DNA from: Nitrososphaerota archaeon | GTDB lineage: Archaea; Thermoproteota; Nitrososphaeria; Nitrososphaerales; Nitrosopumilaceae | DNA length: 64,000 nucleotides | Direction: 5' to 3' | Assembly: GCA_028867755.1 (NCBI GenBank) | Contig: JAGWFT010000001.1 | Span: 804,727-868,726, forward strand | Part shown: positions 60,075 to 64,000 of the stretch, piece after piece | Layout of the letters: every line of letters begins with the position of its first letter | Numbering within the stretch: the stretch's first letter is position 1 | Made by a program: the position numbers and the translations under genes | Notes under the pieces: model-generated | The model's database searches: none | The model's input: only the letters and a program-made list of their open reading frames with translations | Told to the model about the DNA's origin: nothing

Positions 60075-60977
60075 CTACTGAGCAATTCTTACAAGATAAT
60101 CTACAATAAAACTGACAACAAGTAAAATTCCGGTGATTCTACTGTATGACACAAAATCTTTCATTATGGGCACAATCTCCTCTATCTGATCAAACCTTTG
60201 TTTCAATGATATGCCAGATTTTATTGCTATAGGTAAGGTTGCAAGTGTGATAAGGGACACAATTGGAAAAAAATGTAATGCGACAGATATTATGATGATT
60301 CCGTATGATACAGCTGGAAAGATCCATATGCTTGATGCCGCCCTTGCTTTTCCAAGCAATATGACAAGTGTTTTTCTTCCATGAGCCTTATCTGCATCAT
60401 GATCTGGAAATGAATTTACAAAAAGAATGGTTGATGATAAAATTCCAGACACTGCTCCAGCAAGAATGGGCTCAGTAGTTATGTGTGAAGCTTGTACAAA
60501 ATACGTTCCAAGCACTATCATGGCACCCTTTATGGCAACAAACACTTCTCCTAGACCAGAATCAACTATCCTAGTGGAGTAAAAATAAATCGAAATAACT
60601 GCAAATCCCAAGATTATTGCGATTATTACCCCTCTTTCAAATACAAAATATGCTCCAATTAAAGAGCCAATGATTAGCAAAATAATTCCTGCACGATAGA
60701 CTTCGGATGGCCTGAGTAGTCCTTCAGGCAAAACTCCTGTACCGCCACTGAATTTAGTTCTCTTAGTTTCGGTATCTATCTTTCTTTTGTAATCCCAATA
60801 ATCATTTAGTAAATCCACGCTAGCATGCAGTGCTATGACTCCCACTAGCGTTAATACGAAGAATTCTAGGTTGATTGTAGTATTTTGCCACCAATTTATG
60901 ACAGCTCCGAGAAAAACTGAGATGACTGATGCAAGTAGAAATCTGATTCTAACTGCACGTAGCCAGTATGACAACAT
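60075..60977 (-). CDS. menA: UbiA family prenyltransferase (MenA-like)
   Basis: NDYWDYKRKID, NSFPDHDADKAHGRKTL. Confidence 0.85.
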   Translation of the reverse strand: MLSYWLRAVRIRFLLASVISVFLGAVINWWQNTTINLEFFVLTLVGVIALHASVDLLNDYWDYKRKIDTETKRTKFSGGTGVLPEGLLRPSEVYRAGIILLIIGSLIGAYFVFERGVIIAIILGFAVISIYFYSTRIVDSGLGEVFVAIKGAMIVLGTYFVQASHITTEPILAGAVSGILSSTILFVNSFPDHDADKAHGRKTLVILLGKARAASSIWIFPAVSYGIIIISVALHFFPIVSLITLATLPIAIKSGISLKQRFDQIEEIVPIMKDFVSYSRITGILLVVSFIVDYLVRIAQ

Positions 60978-61036
60978 TATGTAATATCCGTGTGTTGGTC
61001 TATTTCGGTATATGGTTTGTAAATCAGGGCAACTAT

Positions 61037-61441
61037 CTATCGTAGTTTTTCCAAATCGACAGTTTCTATTGGTTTTCTACCATTGAAGCCTTCATCTTTT
61101 CCATGCCAAAACTTGATCTCAGTCTCTCCTTCTTTCCAGCAAAGCCATATCTCTTCATTAAATCGAAGTGATGGAAAATCCAATAATCCTTCGTCTAGAC
61201 TTTTTATGACTATGCCAGTACTTTCAGTGTCTTCTATTGCTTTGTAAAAGTTAGAGATGGCTGTATTGAGCTCTTGTTTCTTAAGTACATAGTCTTTGAA
61301 GCTAGACATGTACTTTGGATTTGTCTCTATCTCAGTTTGAATTCTTACTACTTCATTTTTTAAATTCACCATCTCTTTGAATTTCTTAATTATGGAAGGA
61401 AGCATTGCATTTGCCTCTTTTAGCGTAAAGTGGGAAAACAT
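61037..61441 (-). CDS. DUF2203 family protein
   Basis: FTLKEANAMLP, GLLDFPS, LCWKEGE...WH...GFNGRKPI. Confidence 0.9.
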   Translation of the reverse strand: MFSHFTLKEANAMLPSIIKKFKEMVNLKNEVVRIQTEIETNPKYMSSFKDYVLKKQELNTAISNFYKAIEDTESTGIVIKSLDEGLLDFPSLRFNEEIWLCWKEGETEIKFWHGKDEGFNGRKPIETVDLEKLR

Positions 61442-61480
61442 TACAACACTAGCACGATGGCCCAGTTAAAAGTATTAAGT

Positions 61481-62332
61481 CTAGATCATTGATGATATCA
61501 CTTCAGCAATCATTCTTGATGCTAGATGCGATGTTCTATCTTTTATGTCGTAGCTTGGACAGACTTCCATAATGTCAAGCCCAACGATCCCTCTTTTTGC
61601 TATTGATTTGAGAAGATACACCACCTCTAGATTTCTCAGCCCTAGTGGGACAGGAACAGATACTCCAGGTGCGTATGCAGGGTCAACTGCGTCCATGTCT
61701 ACTGAAACGTAGACGTTTTGTCCAATCTTATCAAGTATAGATTCTTCGATTTTTGTAATGCCATTTTTGAGAATGTCAAGAGGGGTTACCACTGATAAGC
61801 CATATTTTTTGATGTTGTCTATCTCCTCTTGTTCTGGAGTCCTTATTCCTATCTGAACACTTGATTTTGTATCAATGTCAGACAAGACATCATACAAGAC
61901 AGAGCCGTAATAGCCCCTCGAAGAGCCAATGAAATCAGGATGTGCATCAAAATAGACTAGTGATACCTTGCCATATTTTTTTGATATTGACTTGACAATC
62001 TCAGTTGTGATGGCATGATCGCCTCCTATGGATATTGGAATTTTTGAGCTTGAAATTATCTTGTGTATTGTGTCATTGACTTCGGTCCTCAATATGTTAC
62101 CATAATCATACACTTTCTTGTTTATGCCACCAAATGGCAAGCCTGTTGAGATCTCATCTTCTCTTTTGTATGTGTCTCTTATGTTAGAAATCTCTCTTAT
62201 TTTGTGCGGTGCCTCAGAAGTTCCTTTACGTAATGAATGAGATTTTGATTCATCAGGTATTCCCAAAATAACTACATTAGAGTCATCAAAGTTTTTGGTA
62301 TTTGCCCAGCATATGTTCACACTCATACTCAC
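61481..62332 (-). CDS. speB: arginase family protein, probable agmatinase
   Basis: GGDHAIT, DAHPD, DMDAVDPAYAPG, EVCP. Confidence 0.85.
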   Translation of the reverse strand: MSMSVNICWANTKNFDDSNVVILGIPDESKSHSLRKGTSEAPHKIREISNIRDTYKREDEISTGLPFGGINKKVYDYGNILRTEVNDTIHKIISSSKIPISIGGDHAITTEIVKSISKKYGKVSLVYFDAHPDFIGSSRGYYGSVLYDVLSDIDTKSSVQIGIRTPEQEEIDNIKKYGLSVVTPLDILKNGITKIEESILDKIGQNVYVSVDMDAVDPAYAPGVSVPVPLGLRNLEVVYLLKSIAKRGIVGLDIMEVCPSYDIKDRTSHLASRMIAEVISSMI

Positions 62333-62375
62333 AATTTTTAATTATAAAAAATGACTGGTAATACTCATAGTTTGG

Positions 62376-63392
62376 TTAGATCTGGTAAGATACGTCACCA
62401 ACCAGTAATCTTTGGGTCTTTCCCTTGCTGAAAACCAATAACGCCCCGTCATCATCTATTCCTATTGCCTTGCCTTTTGTTTTTCCGCTTGGAGACAAGA
62501 TAGTGACATTCTTTCCAACTGTGGAAGATCTTTTCTCCCACTCGTTTTTAATTCCACTGAGGTTGCCAACAACTACTTTGTTGTACAGTTGTTCAAGTTC
62601 GTACAGAAATGCCTGAAGTAGCAATATGGGGTCTGCTTTTTCTTTTTTCTTTACTAGTGTTGTTGCACCATAAAAATTCCCAGAATTTTTAAGTACTTTG
62701 GATATTGCTGTAGAATCAATCCTGAAATTTATCCCAACTCCTATGACTAGGTAATCTATCTGATTGGATTCAATTGATGCATCAACTAGTATGCCAGCCA
62801 CCTTCTTATCGCCAAGAGTCAGGTCATTTGGCCATTTCAACTTGGGTTTGATCTTTAGTGTTTTTTCTATGGCAATCGCAAGTGCAAGTGATGTTAACAT
62901 GGGAAATAGCGAGGCGTGAGAGACTTCAAAATTTGGTTTGAGAAGGATTGATATCCATATGCCGCCGCTTGGAGATGACCATTTCCTATTGTGTCTTCCT
63001 CTGCCATGCGTCTGGCGCTCAGCTATTACGACTGAGCCGCTCTCATGAGGTTTTGAAGCTAGCTTCAACGCAAAAGTTTGTGTTGAGTTAATTGTATCAA
63101 AATAATATATTTTTCTTCCGATGATTTCTGTTTGCAATCCATCTGAAACCTCCCACGGTAGCATGAGGTTTGTTTTTGTAATTAACTTGTACCCCGATTT
63201 TTGTTTTGATTTTATTTTGTAGCCCAACAATTGAAGTTTTTTTATGTTCTTCCATACTGCAGCTCTGCTAAGCCCAAGTGATCTGCTAAGTTCTTCTCCG
63301 GAAAGAAACCCCGACTGATTAGATTTTAGTAATCTGACTATTTTATCCAGTGTATCATCAAATGAGGTGTACATGCGATGTTTAGTTGACAA
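62376..63392 (-). CDS. birA: bifunctional biotin--[acetyl-CoA-carboxylase] ligase / repressor
   Basis: N-terminal HTH (SGEELS...AVWK), GRGR, KWPND, KVAGIL. Confidence 0.95.
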   Translation of the reverse strand: MSTKHRMYTSFDDTLDKIVRLLKSNQSGFLSGEELSRSLGLSRAAVWKNIKKLQLLGYKIKSKQKSGYKLITKTNLMLPWEVSDGLQTEIIGRKIYYFDTINSTQTFALKLASKPHESGSVVIAERQTHGRGRHNRKWSSPSGGIWISILLKPNFEVSHASLFPMLTSLALAIAIEKTLKIKPKLKWPNDLTLGDKKVAGILVDASIESNQIDYLVIGVGINFRIDSTAISKVLKNSGNFYGATTLVKKKEKADPILLLQAFLYELEQLYNKVVVGNLSGIKNEWEKRSSTVGKNVTILSPSGKTKGKAIGIDDDGALLVFSKGKTQRLLVGDVSYQI

Positions 63393-63413
63393 GTTAACAT
63401 CACTTGATGGGTA

Positions 63414-64000
63414 TTACTCGCTTAGTAACTTTTTGATGTTTTCTTCAAGAAAATTGTTTTGGCCAAATGCAACATCTCTGAGTACTCCCTTTTTGTCAAT
63501 AAGGATGGAAGAAGGTGTACCTCGCAGAGAATACTGCTCAAATGTCTGCGCAGCGTATTCCTTGCTTTTCAAATATTGCTTGACACGTTCTATGATGTCT
63601 GTTTTTTGTTGCTCGTTATAGGAGTCAAACCCTGGCACATTTGTTTCAATGACCTCGTTTATCTTCTCTTGACTAATTGGGGCATCGTCTTTTTTTAAGA
63701 GATCCATACCTACAGGAAATGGAATTTTGTATGGAAGTTTTTTTCCATCTGCAAGTTGGCCATATTGTCCTAGTGCCTTAAGCGTTTCACCTATTGTCTC
63801 ACCCTTTGTTAGAAGAAGTTCTAGATTTTCAACGGTATTTTTATCAAAATCCTCAAATGCAGTTGCAATTCCAAGGACTGTAACGCCATCTTTACGATAC
63901 TTGTTGTAAATGTCGATTGCTTGTGGTATTCCATATAGAAAACATCCAGGGCAATTTACCTGAAACACTTCGACAAAAACAACATTATCTTTTTCTTTGT
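63414..64000 (-). CDS. TlpA/thioredoxin-like protein; 5' end beyond the window
   Basis: FQVNCPGC, GTPSSILID; the frame stays open to 64000. Confidence 0.85.
   Translation of the reverse strand, partial: KEKDNVVFVEVFQVNCPGCFLYGIPQAIDIYNKYRKDGVTVLGIATAFEDFDKNTVENLELLLTKGETIGETLKALGQYGQLADGKKLPYKIPFPVGMDLLKKDDAPISQEKINEVIETNVPGFDSYNEQQKTDIIERVKQYLKSKEYAAQTFEQYSLRGTPSSILIDKKGVLRDVAFGQNNFLEENIKKLLSE

Overview
Chromosomal window from an ammonia-oxidising archaeon (Nitrososphaerota/Thaumarchaeota, Nitrosopumilales; Nitrosotalea-like is a guess). Taxonomic evidence: cdvA, tandem-domain thyX, rps25e, rpoK, Alba, endA, archaeal proS/argS, cofE and many TTG/GTG starts. Most of the window is housekeeping. 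I saw no tRNA, rRNA or CRISPR array. Standout observations: (1) a transposase-less 2,223-bp mobile element at 53424-55646, with perfect 39-bp terminal inverted repeats and an 8-bp target-site duplication (GAAATTCT), carrying an apparently chimeric membrane protein/MORC-like GHKL ORF; (2) two tandem secreted four-PKD-domain paralogs (5818-8578) whose first domain lacks its A-strand while each C-terminus ends in an orphan A-strand, suggesting a head-to-tail donor-strand-complemented surface filament; (3) a 101-triplet collagen fibre protein without signal peptide, a collagen-stalked HtrA, a cupredoxin with swapped copper ligands, an unannotated H1/protamine-like 45-aa peptide, a Chloroflexus-MCR-like double SDR, and an IS6-like transposase relic. 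All functional calls come from motif recognition by eye; no searches were run.
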